Source of the DNA: an uncultured Gemmatimonadales bacterium
GTDB taxonomy: Bacteria; Gemmatimonadota; Gemmatimonadetes; Gemmatimonadales; GWC2-71-9
Assembly (NCBI GenBank): GCA_963825055.1
Contig: CAWGSK010000012.1
Coordinates: forward strand, 416,001 to 480,000
Direction of reading: 5' to 3'
Length of the DNA: 64,000 bases
Shown: positions 1 through 10,017 of the stretch, one piece after another
Layout of the letters: each line of letters begins with the position of its first letter
How positions within the stretch are numbered: position 1 is the first letter of the stretch
Program-made: the position numbers and the translations under genes
Notes under the pieces: generated by a model
Databases searched by the model: none
The model's input: only the letters and a program-made list of their open reading frames with translations
Told to the model about the DNA's origin: nothing

Positions 1-1
1 C

Positions 2-883
2 CTGCCGCTGCCGTCGGTGGCCGTAGGCAACCTCACGGTGGGGGGGTCGGGCAAGACCCCGATTGCCACGTGGATCGCACGGTACTTCGCGGACCAGGGG
101 TTCACGCCCGGCATCCTGCTGCGCGGCTACGGCGGGGGCGACGAGGCACGGGTGCACGAGTACGCGGTGCCCGAAGCCGTGGTGGTGGCCGACCCCGACC
201 GCCCGGCCGGTGCCGAGCGGGCCCTGGCGCGCGGGGCGGAGGTGCTGGTCCTGGATGATGCATTCCAGCGGCGGGATGTCGAGCGCGACTGTAATATCGT
301 GCTGATGAGCGCCGAAACCGGCCGCGCGGTGCCGTGGCCCCTGCCGGCGGGGCCCTGGCGGGAACGCTGGTCGGCCCTGGATCGCGCGGACCTGGTCATC
401 GTGACCCGCAAGCGGGCCACGGCGGAAGCGGCCATTGGCGTTGCCCGCCGGTTGCATGACGTGGTGGACGTGCCGGTGGCGGTAGTGCACCTGTCCCTCG
501 CGCGGCTCGAGGGCCTGACGTCCGGTCGCGCGGTGCCGACCAGTGTCCTGGCCGGCAAGCGGGTGGTCGCGGCCGCGGCCATTGCCGATCCGGGCGCCTT
601 CGTGGCCCAGGTGAAGGGCACGGGGGCCAAGGTGCAGGTCGCCACCTGGCGCGACCATCATGAATTTCGCGACGAGGATGTCGCCTGGCTCGCGCATGCC
701 GCCCGCCGCGCTGACCACGTGGTGATCACCTCGAAGGACGCGGTCAAGCTCCGCGACCGCTGGCCGGCGAACGTGCCGGAGCCGTACGTGGCAGAGCTGG
801 ATCTCCTGTGGGAAGAGGGTCTGGAGGACGTGACGGCGGCCCTCGATACCGTGGTGGCCCACTTGCCACCGCACCAACCCTGA
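2..883 (+). CDS. lpxK: Tetraacyldisaccharide 4'-kinase (5' truncated by window edge)
   Basis: P-loop [25 protein letters not shown] and VITSKDAVK motifs typical of LpxK; frame open from base 2. Confidence 0.93.
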   Translation: MPLPSVAVGNLTVGGSGKTPIATWIARYFADQGFTPGILLRGYGGGDEARVHEYAVPEAVVVADPDRPAGAERALARGAEVLVLDDAFQRRDVERDCNIVLMSAETGRAVPWPLPAGPWRERWSALDRADLVIVTRKRATAEAAIGVARRLHDVVDVPVAVVHLSLARLEGLTSGRAVPTSVLAGKRVVAAAAIADPGAFVAQVKGTGAKVQVATWRDHHEFRDEDVAWLAHAARRADHVVITSKDAVKLRDRWPANVPEPYVAELDLLWEEGLEDVTAALDTVVAHLPPHQP

Positions 884-908
884 AACGCGACGGAGCACGC
901 TCCACGTT

Positions 909-2219
909 ATGACTATCGACAAGACGGAATCTGCCAGCCCCCTCATCCGCCCCGACCGGGATCTCCGGTTCCAGAACGAGGACAACCCGTTCGAGGCGAT
1001 GATGTCGCGGTTCGACCACGCTGCGGAGCTGTTGAGCCTGGACCCGGGCCTCTACAAGGTCCTCCGCAACCCGGAACGGCAGATGATCGTTTCGGTCCCC
1101 GTGATGCTCGACAGTGGGGACATCGAGGTCTACAAGGGCTACCGCGTGATCTACAACAGCTCCCGGGGGCCGGCGAAGGGCGGGATCCGCTTCCGCCCTG
1201 ACGTGACCCTGGACGAGGTGACCGCGCTGGCGGCCTGGATGACGTGGAAGTGCGCCGTCGTGAACCTGCCCTTCGGCGGGGCGAAGGGTGGGGTGATCTG
1301 CGACCCGACCACCCTCTCCGTGGGCGAGCTGGAGCGGCTGACCCGCCGCTATACCTCCGGCATCATCGAGATGCTCGGGCCGGATTCCGATGTGCCAGCC
1401 CCCGACGTAAACACGAACGAGCGGGTGATGGCGTGGATCATGGACACGTACTCCATGCACAAGCGCCATACGGTCACCGCCGTGGTCACCGGCAAGCCCG
1501 TGATCATGGGGGGCTCGCTGGGCCGGCGCGAGGCGACGGGGCGGGGGTGCATGATCGTCACCCGGGAAGCCCTCCGGGCCAGGGGCATTCCCATCGAGGG
1601 CGCCGAGGTCGTGGTGCAGGGCTTCGGGAACGTCGGCTCGGTGGCCGCCGACCTGATGCATCGCGAGGGAATGAAAATCATCGCCGTGAGCGACAAGGCC
1701 GGCGGCATCATCAACCGGAACGGTATCGATATCCCCAAGACGACGGAGTTCTTCCAGCACAACCGGACCCTGGACAACTTCCCCGATGCCGACCAGATCA
1801 GCAATGAGGAACTCCTCGCCCTCGACTGCGACGTGCTGGTCCCGGCTGCCCTGGAAAACGTGATCACCCGTTCCAACGCGCCGAACATCCGTGCCCGCAT
1901 CATCTGCGAGGGCGCCAACGGCCCGACCACGGCCCACGCGGATGAGATCCTCGACGGCAACGACGTCTTCGTCATCCCCGACATCCTGGCCAATGCCGGC
2001 GGGGTGACCGTCAGCTACTTCGAATGGGTGCAGGATCGCGGCGGATATTTCTGGGACGAGCCCACGGTGAACGAGCGGCTGGAGAAGATCATGGTGCAGG
2101 CCTTCAACGAGGTCACCGCCATGGCCCAGCGGCACAATGTGAGCCTGCGCGTCGCCTCTTACATGCTTTCCATCGAGCGCGTGGCGGCCGTCCACCGGCT
2201 CCGCGGCCTCTACGCCTGA
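909..2219 (+). CDS. gdhA: Glu/Leu/Phe/Val family (glutamate) dehydrogenase
   Basis: [16 protein letters not shown] catalytic Lys, GFGNVG Rossmann motif, [25 protein letters not shown]. Confidence 0.93.
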   Translation: MTIDKTESASPLIRPDRDLRFQNEDNPFEAMMSRFDHAAELLSLDPGLYKVLRNPERQMIVSVPVMLDSGDIEVYKGYRVIYNSSRGPAKGGIRFRPDVTLDEVTALAAWMTWKCAVVNLPFGGAKGGVICDPTTLSVGELERLTRRYTSGIIEMLGPDSDVPAPDVNTNERVMAWIMDTYSMHKRHTVTAVVTGKPVIMGGSLGRREATGRGCMIVTREALRARGIPIEGAEVVVQGFGNVGSVAADLMHREGMKIIAVSDKAGGIINRNGIDIPKTTEFFQHNRTLDNFPDADQISNEELLALDCDVLVPAALENVITRSNAPNIRARIICEGANGPTTAHADEILDGNDVFVIPDILANAGGVTVSYFEWVQDRGGYFWDEPTVNERLEKIMVQAFNEVTAMAQRHNVSLRVASYMLSIERVAAVHRLRGLYA

Positions 2220-2221
2220 GG

Positions 2222-2674
2222 GTGGACGTCGCCCTGCTCGCCGTCGGCCGGCTCCGGCCGGCCTGCCGCGAGTTGTGTGACGACTACATCAGGCGGCTTG
2301 GGCGCTCGGCGCAGGTGGTCGAGCGCGAGGTGCGCGAGTCCCGCCGGCCCGCCGCCGAGGGACGCCGGGAGGAAGGCCGTCGGCTGCTCGAGCAGGTCCC
2401 GGATCGTGCCACCCTGGTGGCGCTGGACGCAGGAGGGAAAAGCTGGAGCAGCGAGGACCTGGCCCGCCAGATCGACCGCTGGCGGCTGGCCGCGCGTCCC
2501 GTGGCCTTTGCCATCGGGGGGTCGACGGGGCTCGACCCGGCCGTTCTCGAGCGGGCGGACCGGCGCTGGAGCCTGGGGCCGCTGACCCTCCCGCACGAAC
2601 TGGCCCGGGTGATCGTCTGCGAACAGCTCTACCGGGGGTTCAGCATCCTGGACGGGAAGCCGTACCATAAGTAG
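2222..2674 (+). CDS. rlmH: 23S rRNA (pseudouridine1915-N3)-methyltransferase
   Basis: GTG start gives (M)DVALLAVGR; FAIGGSTG, SLGPLTLPHELARVIVCEQLYRG and C-terminal PYHK are RlmH hallmarks. Confidence 0.93.
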   Translation: MDVALLAVGRLRPACRELCDDYIRRLGRSAQVVEREVRESRRPAAEGRREEGRRLLEQVPDRATLVALDAGGKSWSSEDLARQIDRWRLAARPVAFAIGGSTGLDPAVLERADRRWSLGPLTLPHELARVIVCEQLYRGFSILDGKPYHK

Positions 2675-2778
2675 CAGCCAGTAGCAACGAGTGATTCGTG
2701 AGTAGGGAGCCGTAGCGTGCACCGGCGACACACGGAGACAGAGAATGGCGACCCGAGGCATGGCCAGGTTCCCGATAC

Positions 2779-2813
2779 CTCCCGACTCCCGACTCCCGAC
2801 TCCCGATTCCCGG
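2779..2813. repeat. Heptamer tandem repeat (CTCCCGA)x4 plus one degenerate copy
   Basis: Read directly at 2779-2806, followed by TTCCCGG. Confidence 0.9.
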
Positions 2814-2818
2814 CTGTC

Positions 2819-3535
2819 ATGACCGACTGGTTCGAGGAGTGGTTCGGTGAGGAATACCTCCGTTTGTACCCGCACCGGGACGATGCGGATGCGCAACGAA
2901 TGGTGGACCTGCTCCTGGCGCAGCTCCCGTGGTCCGGAGGATGGCGGATTCTGGATGTCGGGTGCGGGGCTGGCCGTCACTCCGCCGCGCTGGAGCGGGC
3001 CGGTGGGCGGCCGGTCGGGCTGGACCTGAGCGCCCGACTCCTCGCGCGGGCGCGTGAGGTCACCGGCGCGCCGCTCGTCCGGGCGGACATGCGGGCGCTT
3101 CCGATCCGGGACGCCAGCATGGACCTGACCGTCAACCTCTTTACGAGCTTCGGCTATTTTCTGGAGGACCCTGTGCACCAGGCCGCGCTCGAGGGCATGG
3201 TACGCACCGTTCGCCCGGAAGGCTGGTTTGCCATCGACTTCCTCAATGCCACACACGTACGCCGTCACCTGGTCGCGTCGGACACGCTGCCCCTGGGAGA
3301 CCAGGTTGCCACCGTGGGCCGCCGCATCAGCGAGGACGACCGGTTCGTGCTGAAGACCATTCGCACGCCTGAGGGCCGGGAGTTCCTCGAACGGGTCCGC
3401 CTCTTCACGCCGGGTGAACTCGAGGGCATGGTCGCCCGCGCCGGCGTCCAGGTCCGGCACCGTTTCGGTGACTACGACGGGTCCCCCCTCTCGGACGAGG
3501 CACGCCGCACCATCCTCATCGGGCAGCGCGCGTGA
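2819..3535 (+). CDS. Class I SAM-dependent methyltransferase (candidate bacillithiol N-methyltransferase)
   Basis: ILDVGCGAG motif I, GLDLS, RADMR, NLFTSFGYF; GTGA overlap with bshC. Confidence 0.88.
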   Translation: MTDWFEEWFGEEYLRLYPHRDDADAQRMVDLLLAQLPWSGGWRILDVGCGAGRHSAALERAGGRPVGLDLSARLLARAREVTGAPLVRADMRALPIRDASMDLTVNLFTSFGYFLEDPVHQAALEGMVRTVRPEGWFAIDFLNATHVRRHLVASDTLPLGDQVATVGRRISEDDRFVLKTIRTPEGREFLERVRLFTPGELEGMVARAGVQVRHRFGDYDGSPLSDEARRTILIGQRA

Positions 3536-5065
3536 TCCCGCGAATCGTGCCGACGCCGCTGTCCGGGGGCAGGGAACTTCCCCCCGAACGGTCCGGCGGG
3601 GGACTCGATGACGGCGTGCTGGAGGCCATGGTGGTCCCGGGTGGCGCGACGGACCTGCTGGCTCCCCTCCGTGAACCGGATGTGCTCGTCGTGACGACCG
3701 GCCAGCAGCCGGGCCTGCTCACCGGGCCGCTCTATACCATCCACAAGGCCCTCTCCGCGGCCGCCCTCGCCTCGCACCTCTCCGCACGATGGGAACGCAG
3801 GGTGGTGCCGGTGTTCTGGATCGCGGGGGACGACCATGACTTCGCCGAGGCCAATCACGCGAGCTGGCTCGACCCGGACGGGGTGGTCCGGACGGCCGTG
3901 CTGCGTGAGCGGGATTCAGAGGCACCGCTCGTGCCGATGTACCGTGAGCAGCTGGGTGGGGACATCGATCGCGTGCTGGACGAGCTTGCCACCGACCTCC
4001 CGCGGTCCGAATTCCGGGATGACGCGCTGGCGTGGCTCCGGCGCCATTACCGGCCTGACGCAACGATGGCAGGGGCCTTCGCTCATGCGCTGGCCGAGCT
4101 CCTGGCGCCCTTCGGCATTGTCTGCTTCGACAGCACCCATCCCGCCGCAAAACGGGCGATGGCCCGTCACATCGCGCGCGCCATCGGCCTCTCCCGCGAC
4201 CTCCAGGCAGACCTCGCGGCCCGCGACCGGGACCTGAAGGCGGTCGGGCACGACGCGGGCGTCGGTGTGAGTGGGGACGCGACGCTGGTCATGCTCGAAG
4301 CGGGGCAGGGCCGGGACCGCCTCGTCATGGACGGAACGGAGTTCGTGACGCGGCGGAGCGGCGAACGCTTCGGGCGCGCCGATCTCGAAGCCCTTCTCGC
4401 CGAGGCGCCGGAGAGATTCAGTGGGAACGTGCTGCTTCGTCCCGTGCTCGAGAGCGCGATCCTGCCGACGGCGGCCTACGTGGCCGGACCTGGGGAACTG
4501 CGCTATCTCGCGTTGACCCCGCCGGTATACGACCGGCTCAGGATTCCCCGCCAGGCCCCGGTGGCCCGGTGGTCGGGGCTGCTCGTCCCGTCCCGGGTGG
4601 ACCGGGCGCTCGTGAAGTTTGACGCGTCGCTGGATGATCTGCTGGCGGACGACCACGCGCTCGAGGCACAGGATTGCGCGCGCGCATCTTCCCGCCGAAG
4701 CGATCGCGGCACTCGAGAAGATCCGGGCCACCCTGCGCGCGGAATACGATCGCCTGGATCAGCTCACCGCCGGAATCGATCCCACCATGCAGGAGCCGGT
4801 GCGGAAGGCGCTGCGGCACGGCCTCACCGAGGCCGACCGTCTAGAGGAGCGCCTGGTCCAGCACCAGAAGGTGCGCCACGACATCGAGCTCAGCCAGGTC
4901 ACCCGGGCCCGGGCCATTGTCCATCCCCTCGGCAAGCCGCAGGAGCGTGTCCTCGGGGTCGCGCCTTTCCTGGCGCGCTACGGTCCCGCGCTGCTCGAGG
5001 GGCTCTCCGAAGCCATTCACCAGTGGTACGGTGCCGCCCTTGTTGGCGGCGCGTCCCCGTCCTAG
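3532..5065 (+). CDS. bshC: Bacillithiol biosynthesis cysteine-adding enzyme BshC; +1 frameshift near 4670, probably a sequence error
   Basis: VVTTGQQPGLLTGPLYTIHKA, FWIAGDDHDFAE, SGNVLLRPV, YVAGPGELRY in the frame of 3532; C-terminal HPLGKPQERV continues in the frame of ORF 4619-5065. Confidence 0.88.
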
Positions 5066-5074
5066 ACTCGACAT

Positions 5075-5353
5075 ATGTGGATCATCGGCATTCTCATCCT
5101 CGTGGCACTCCTGATCCCGTTTGTGAGCATCGTGATCGACTCGCCCATCGGTCGCGCGCTCGCGCGTCGCCTGGAGGGCCCGGAGCCGGCCGACCACGAC
5201 GTGGTCGAGCTGGGCAAGAAGGTCGAACTGCTGGAGGGTGAGGTGGATGACCTGATGCGGCTGGTCCAGGGGCTGCAGGAGGAGACGGCCTTCCTGCAGC
5301 GGCTGATCGAGGACGCCCCGCCGCGCTCCCAGCTACCGCCGCCCGCCCACTGA
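5075..5353 (+). CDS. Small membrane-anchored coiled-coil hypothetical protein
   Basis: N-terminal hydrophobic helix, then acidic heptad-like segment; fills the bshC-murJ gap; TAGACT -10-like hexamer 6 nt upstream of ATG. Confidence 0.75.
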   Translation: MWIIGILILVALLIPFVSIVIDSPIGRALARRLEGPEPADHDVVELGKKVELLEGEVDDLMRLVQGLQEETAFLQRLIEDAPPRSQLPPPAH

Positions 5354-5382
5354 GTACGTCGAGGCCAGCCCGCCGGCCTGCT

Positions 5383-6927
5383 GTGATGGTGGCCACGGGC
5401 ATCCTGCTGAGCCGGATCCTCGGCCTCGTCCGGCAGCGCGTCTTCGGACACTTCCTCGGGACGTCCGACGCGGCCGACGCCTTCACCGCGGCATTCCGGA
5501 TTCCCAACCTCCTCCAGAACCTGTTCGGCGAGGGCGTGCTGTCCGCGTCCTTCATTCCGGTCTACGCCCGGCTGCTGGGCGAAGAACGACAGGAGGAGGC
5601 CGACCAGCTGGCCGGCGCCGTGGTGGCGGTTCTCGCGCTGGTCAGCGCGCTGCTCGTGCTCGTCGGGCTCCTTGCGGCACCCCTGCTGGTGGACGTCATC
5701 GCTCCGGGGTTCAGTGGCGACAAGCGCGTCCAGACCATCCTGCTGGTCCGGATCCTGTTCCCGGGCGGTGCCTTCCTCGCGCTCTCCGCGTGGTGCCTGG
5801 GCATTCTCAACAGCCATCGCCGTTTCCTGCTCAGCTATGCGGCCCCGGTCGCCTGGAACCTGGCGATCATCGCGGGGCTTCTGCTGTACGGCGGCCGGGT
5901 CGGGCCGTACCGCCTTGTGGTCATCACGGCCTGGGCGTCGGTCATCGGGAGCGCGCTGCAGTTTGTTGTGCAGCTCCCCGTGGTGCTCCAGGTCGGTGGA
6001 CGCATCCGTCTCGCGCTCCGGGGCGCGGGGACCCACCTCAGGACCGTGGTGGTGAACTTCGTACCCGTGTTCATCGGGCGCGGGGTGTTCCAGGTGAGTG
6101 CATTCATCGACACGATACTGGCGAGCCTGCTCCCGGGCGGGGCCGTGGCCAGCCTGGCATACGCCCAGACCATCTACATGCTGCCGGTCAGCCTGTTCGG
6201 CATGTCGGTGTCGGCCGCCGAGCTTCCGGCCATGTCGCGCGACACCGCAGGCGGTGCGGTGGCCGAAGCGCTTCAGCGGCGGCTCAACAGCGGGCTCCGC
6301 AACATCGCGTTCTTCGTCATTCCCTCGGCGGTTGCGTTCGTGGCGCTGGGCGACCAGCTCGCCGGACTCATCTACCAGTCCGGCGCGTTCACCGGGGACG
6401 ACGCGCGGTATGTCTGGGCGATCCTGGCCGGGGCCGCCGTCGGGCTGCCCGCCGCCACGATGGGGCGGCTGTATTCCTCCGCCTGGTACGCGCTGCAGGA
6501 TACCCGGACGCCCCTTCGCTATGCGATTGTCCGGGTCGTCCTGACAGTCATTCTCGGCGTGCTCCTGGCATTCCCGGTCCCGGCCCTGCTGGGTCTCGCG
6601 CCGCGCTGGGGCGCGGCCGGCCTCACGGCCTCGGCCGGGGTGGCAGCGTGGGTCGAGTTCACGCTGCTGCGGCGGGGGCTCAACCGGCGCGTGGGCCCGA
6701 CCGGCCTCCCCGTTAGATTCCTCCTCCAGGTGTGGGGCGCGGCGCTGCTGGCCGCGGGTGCAGGGTGGGCGGCCCGATTGTCGGTGGATGCCGGGCATCC
6801 CGCCCTCCGCGCCCTCCTCCTGCTCGGCGTCTTCGGGGTGGCCTACCTGGCCCTGGCCTGGATACTGGGCCTTCCGGAAGCGCGGAATATGCGCTCCCGC
6901 ATTTTCCCGACCGGCGGGAACCGCTGA
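5383..6927 (+). CDS. murJ: Lipid II flippase MurJ (MviN); start may be an upstream CTG at 5350
   Basis: SRILGLVR, ADAFTAAFRIPNLLQNLFGEGVLSASFIP, YALQDTRTP; many TM helices. Confidence 0.93.
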   Translation: MMVATGILLSRILGLVRQRVFGHFLGTSDAADAFTAAFRIPNLLQNLFGEGVLSASFIPVYARLLGEERQEEADQLAGAVVAVLALVSALLVLVGLLAAPLLVDVIAPGFSGDKRVQTILLVRILFPGGAFLALSAWCLGILNSHRRFLLSYAAPVAWNLAIIAGLLLYGGRVGPYRLVVITAWASVIGSALQFVVQLPVVLQVGGRIRLALRGAGTHLRTVVVNFVPVFIGRGVFQVSAFIDTILASLLPGGAVASLAYAQTIYMLPVSLFGMSVSAAELPAMSRDTAGGAVAEALQRRLNSGLRNIAFFVIPSAVAFVALGDQLAGLIYQSGAFTGDDARYVWAILAGAAVGLPAATMGRLYSSAWYALQDTRTPLRYAIVRVVLTVILGVLLAFPVPALLGLAPRWGAAGLTASAGVAAWVEFTLLRRGLNRRVGPTGLPVRFLLQVWGAALLAAGAGWAARLSVDAGHPALRALLLLGVFGVAYLALAWILGLPEARNMRSRIFPTGGNR

Positions 6928-6961
6928 CGGTTGTTCCTACGTGAATGCAGACCGGCCTGAC

Positions 6962-8776
6962 ATGACCTCCCCCGTATCCGACGCCCTCCAGCGGAAGCTC
7001 GACACCCTGCCCGACGGGCCGGGGGTCTACCTGTGGAAGGATGCCGCGGGCGGGGTGCTCTACGTGGGGAAGGCCAAAAACCTGCGGAGCCGGGCGAGGA
7101 ACTACTTCGCCACCGATCACTCCGCCAGCCCCAAGAACCAGTACCTCGTCCGGCTGATCCAGGACATCGACACGATCGTGGTACCGAGCGACTCGCAGGC
7201 GCTCCTGCTCGAGAACAACCTGATCAAGGAGTACCAGCCGCGCTTCAACGTCCGGCTCAAGGACGACAAGAGCTACCCGTCCATTGCGGTCACCCTGGGG
7301 GAGCCGTTCCCGCGGGTGCTGGTGACCCGCCGTCGGAACATCCGCGGCGCCCGCTACTTCGGCCCGTACACCGACGTGGCGGACATGCGGCGGATGCTGG
7401 CGCTGGTCCGCCGGATCTTCACCGTGCGCAGCTGCAGCGACGACATTCCCCGGGAACGGCGCGAGCGGCCCTGTCTGGACTATCATATCGGCCGCTGTCT
7501 CGCCCCCTGTGTCGGCTGGCAGGAGGAGACCGGTTATCGGGCGATGATCGCCGATGTCCTCCGCGTGCTCGAAGGCCGGACGGGTGACGTGCGCGACCAG
7601 GTGCGCGAGATGATGCTCGCGGCCAGCGACCGCCAGGATTTCGAGCGGGCTCGCGAGCTGCGCGACACCCTGCGCTGGCTTGACCAGCTCGAGGCGCCCG
7701 GCCCGGTCGAGGCCATCGGGGGTGAGGACGCCGACGTGATCGGCTTCGTCCGGGACGGGGACGACGCGGTCGGCGTCCTCGTGCGCGTGCGGGACGGGAA
7801 AATGGTGGCCCGGGAACACCGCTTCCTGGAGAACCTCGGGGAGGAATCCGAGGCCGCGATCCTGAATGCCTTCCTCGTGCGCTATTACGTCCCGGCGGTA
7901 GACCGGGCACGGCGGGTCCTGCTGCCGTTCCCCACGGATGAACTCGAGACCCTGCGCGAGCTGCTGCCCGGCACGGAGTGGGTCGTGCCGCAGCGGGGCA
8001 AAGGGCATCACCTGGTGGTGCTGGCCGACCAGAACGCCCGGCACCTGATGGAAAGCCTGCGCCTGGAGTCGTTCGAGACGGAGGAGCGCGCGGAAGACCC
8101 GGTGTATGCCCTGGGCCGAGACCTCGGGCTGTCGATCGTGCCCCGGAGCCTCATCTGCATCGACATCTCCACCAGTCAGGGGCGCGATACCGTCGGCTCC
8201 CTCGTCTGGTTCGAGGCGGGGCGTCCGAAGAAGGCCGAGTACCGGAAGTTCCGTATCAAGGGGCCGGGGCAGCAGGACGACTTCGCCGCCATCTCGGAAG
8301 TCGTGACCCGCTATTTCACCCGCCGGCGCGAGGAGGACAAGCCGCTGCCGGACCTGGTCGTGATCGACGGCGGCAAGGGACAGCTCGGGGCGGCGGGACA
8401 GGCCCTCGGTACGCTGGGACTCGGCGAACTCCCGCTCATCAGCCTCGCCAAGCGCGAGGAAGAGGTCTTCCTCCCCGGCCGGAGCGAAAGCCTCCGCCTT
8501 CCGCGGCGAAGCCCCGGTCTCCGACTGCTGCAGCGCGCGCGGGACGAGGCCCATCGGTTCGGGGTCGCCTACAACCGGAAGCGCCGGACCCAGCGGACCA
8601 TCACCAGTGAACTCCTCGATATTCCCGGTGTGGGCCCGGAGCGCCGCCGCCGCCTGCTGGAACGTTTCGGCAGCCTGGCCGGTGTGCGCTCCGCGACAGC
8701 GCCGGAACTGGCGAGCGTCCCGGGATTCAGCACCGCGCTCGCGGAGCGCATTCTCAATCACCTGCGCGGGACGTGA
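6962..8776 (+). CDS. uvrC: Excinuclease ABC subunit C
   Basis: PGVYLWKD...LYVGKAKNLRSR GIY-YIG domain, LKDDKSYP, DGGKGQL, RDEAHRF, HhH IPGVG. Confidence 0.96.
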   Translation: MTSPVSDALQRKLDTLPDGPGVYLWKDAAGGVLYVGKAKNLRSRARNYFATDHSASPKNQYLVRLIQDIDTIVVPSDSQALLLENNLIKEYQPRFNVRLKDDKSYPSIAVTLGEPFPRVLVTRRRNIRGARYFGPYTDVADMRRMLALVRRIFTVRSCSDDIPRERRERPCLDYHIGRCLAPCVGWQEETGYRAMIADVLRVLEGRTGDVRDQVREMMLAASDRQDFERARELRDTLRWLDQLEAPGPVEAIGGEDADVIGFVRDGDDAVGVLVRVRDGKMVAREHRFLENLGEESEAAILNAFLVRYYVPAVDRARRVLLPFPTDELETLRELLPGTEWVVPQRGKGHHLVVLADQNARHLMESLRLESFETEERAEDPVYALGRDLGLSIVPRSLICIDISTSQGRDTVGSLVWFEAGRPKKAEYRKFRIKGPGQQDDFAAISEVVTRYFTRRREEDKPLPDLVVIDGGKGQLGAAGQALGTLGLGELPLISLAKREEEVFLPGRSESLRLPRRSPGLRLLQRARDEAHRFGVAYNRKRRTQRTITSELLDIPGVGPERRRRLLERFGSLAGVRSATAPELASVPGFSTALAERILNHLRGT

Positions 8777-9972
8777 TGCCCTCCGCGCCTTCCGGAAACG
8801 CCATGGACTGGATTCTCGAATGCCCGGGCTGCGGCAGCACGCGCGGCCCGGAAGGCATGCCCACCATCTGCGAGTGCGGACAGCCGTGGCTGGTCCGCTA
8901 CCCCGGACGATCCCATCCCGTGACCGAGCGCGCCGAGGTGCGCCGACGTCACGGCATGTGGCGCTACCGGAGCTTCCTGCCCCTGGCGGAAGGGGAAGAG
9001 CCCGTGACCCTCGGGGAAGGGGATACGCCGCTCCTCCCGGTGCCCCGGACAGCCGAGGCCCTGGGACTCGTGGATCTCTGGATAAAGGACGAGGCAGCCA
9101 ATCCCACGGGCTCGTTCAAGGCCCGGGGACTCTCGGCCGCCATCACGCGGGCCACAGCGGCCGGCTGCCGGTCTTTCGTGATCCCCACCGCCGGGAACGC
9201 AGGGGTCGCCGCCTCGGCCTACGCGGCCCGCGCCGGGGTCCGTGTGCGGGTCTTTGCCCCTGAATGGACTCCAGCCACCATCCTGGCCCAGATCAAGACG
9301 TTCGGTGGTGAACTTGTCCTGATAAGTGGACATATTGGCGACTGTGGAAAGGCGGCGAGGGACTACGCAGCCGCCGAGGGAGCAATGGACCTCTCGACCC
9401 TGAAGGAGCCCTATCGGATAGAAGGAAAGAAGACCCTGGGTCTTGAACTGGCCCTCCAGTACGGCTGGGAACTGCCGGGAGCCATCATTTATCCAACTGG
9501 CGGCGGGACGGGCCTGATCGGCATGTGGAAGGCATTTGGTGAGCTGATCGAGGCCGGCTGGGTCGCAGGGGTGCCCCCCCGGATGTTCTCGGTGCAGGCT
9601 GAGGGATGTGCGCCGATCGTCCGCGGGTACATGGCGGGTGCAGAGGGGGCGGAGCCCTGGGAGAATCCGGTAACGGCAGCGAGCGGCCTGCGGGTTCCGA
9701 AGGCGCTCGGGGACAAGTTGATTCTCGCGGCCATCCGCGAGAGCGGAGGAGGGGCCGTGGCGGTATCGGAAGACGAGCTGGCCCGGTCCGCCCGCGAGAC
9801 GACGCGGCGCGAGGGCATCGACATGAGCCCGGAAGGCGGAGCCGCGCTCGCGGGAGCCGTAAAACTGGTTGAGCAGGGCATGCTTTCCCCCGAGGAGCGG
9901 GTCGTGGTGTTCAATACCGGCGCCGGCTGGCTGTACCGCCAGCCGACCGCCTTGTCGCCCCGTCCGTCCTGA
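8773..9972 (+). CDS. thrC: Threonine synthase (PLP fold II); start could be 8776 or 8803
   Basis: CPGC/CECG knuckle, TLGEGDTPL, NPTGSFKARG PLP lysine, YRIEGKKT, PTGGGTG. Confidence 0.88.
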   Translation: MMPSAPSGNAMDWILECPGCGSTRGPEGMPTICECGQPWLVRYPGRSHPVTERAEVRRRHGMWRYRSFLPLAEGEEPVTLGEGDTPLLPVPRTAEALGLVDLWIKDEAANPTGSFKARGLSAAITRATAAGCRSFVIPTAGNAGVAASAYAARAGVRVRVFAPEWTPATILAQIKTFGGELVLISGHIGDCGKAARDYAAAEGAMDLSTLKEPYRIEGKKTLGLELALQYGWELPGAIIYPTGGGTGLIGMWKAFGELIEAGWVAGVPPRMFSVQAEGCAPIVRGYMAGAEGAEPWENPVTAASGLRVPKALGDKLILAAIRESGGGAVAVSEDELARSARETTRREGIDMSPEGGAALAGAVKLVEQGMLSPEERVVVFNTGAGWLYRQPTALSPRPS

Positions 9973-10017
9973 CCGCCCGGTTGGTGGTGGGGTGGGGCGG
10001 GGCCATATTTCAAGGCT

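Noticed and set aside
744..2195. Long antisense and alternate-frame ORFs (e.g. 744-2195, 6713-8761, 55838-57730, 60133-62034)
   Set aside because: Shadows of well-supported genes in high-GC DNA; Arg/Pro/Gly-rich with no recognisable motifs
2216..2224. CTG start for rlmH through a CTGA overlap
   Set aside because: GTG at 2222 already gives the canonical RlmH N-terminal length
4670..5241. Novel C-terminal extension of BshC (569-aa ORF)
   Set aside because: Out-of-frame read-through after the frameshift; the true C-terminus is in the 4619-5065 frame
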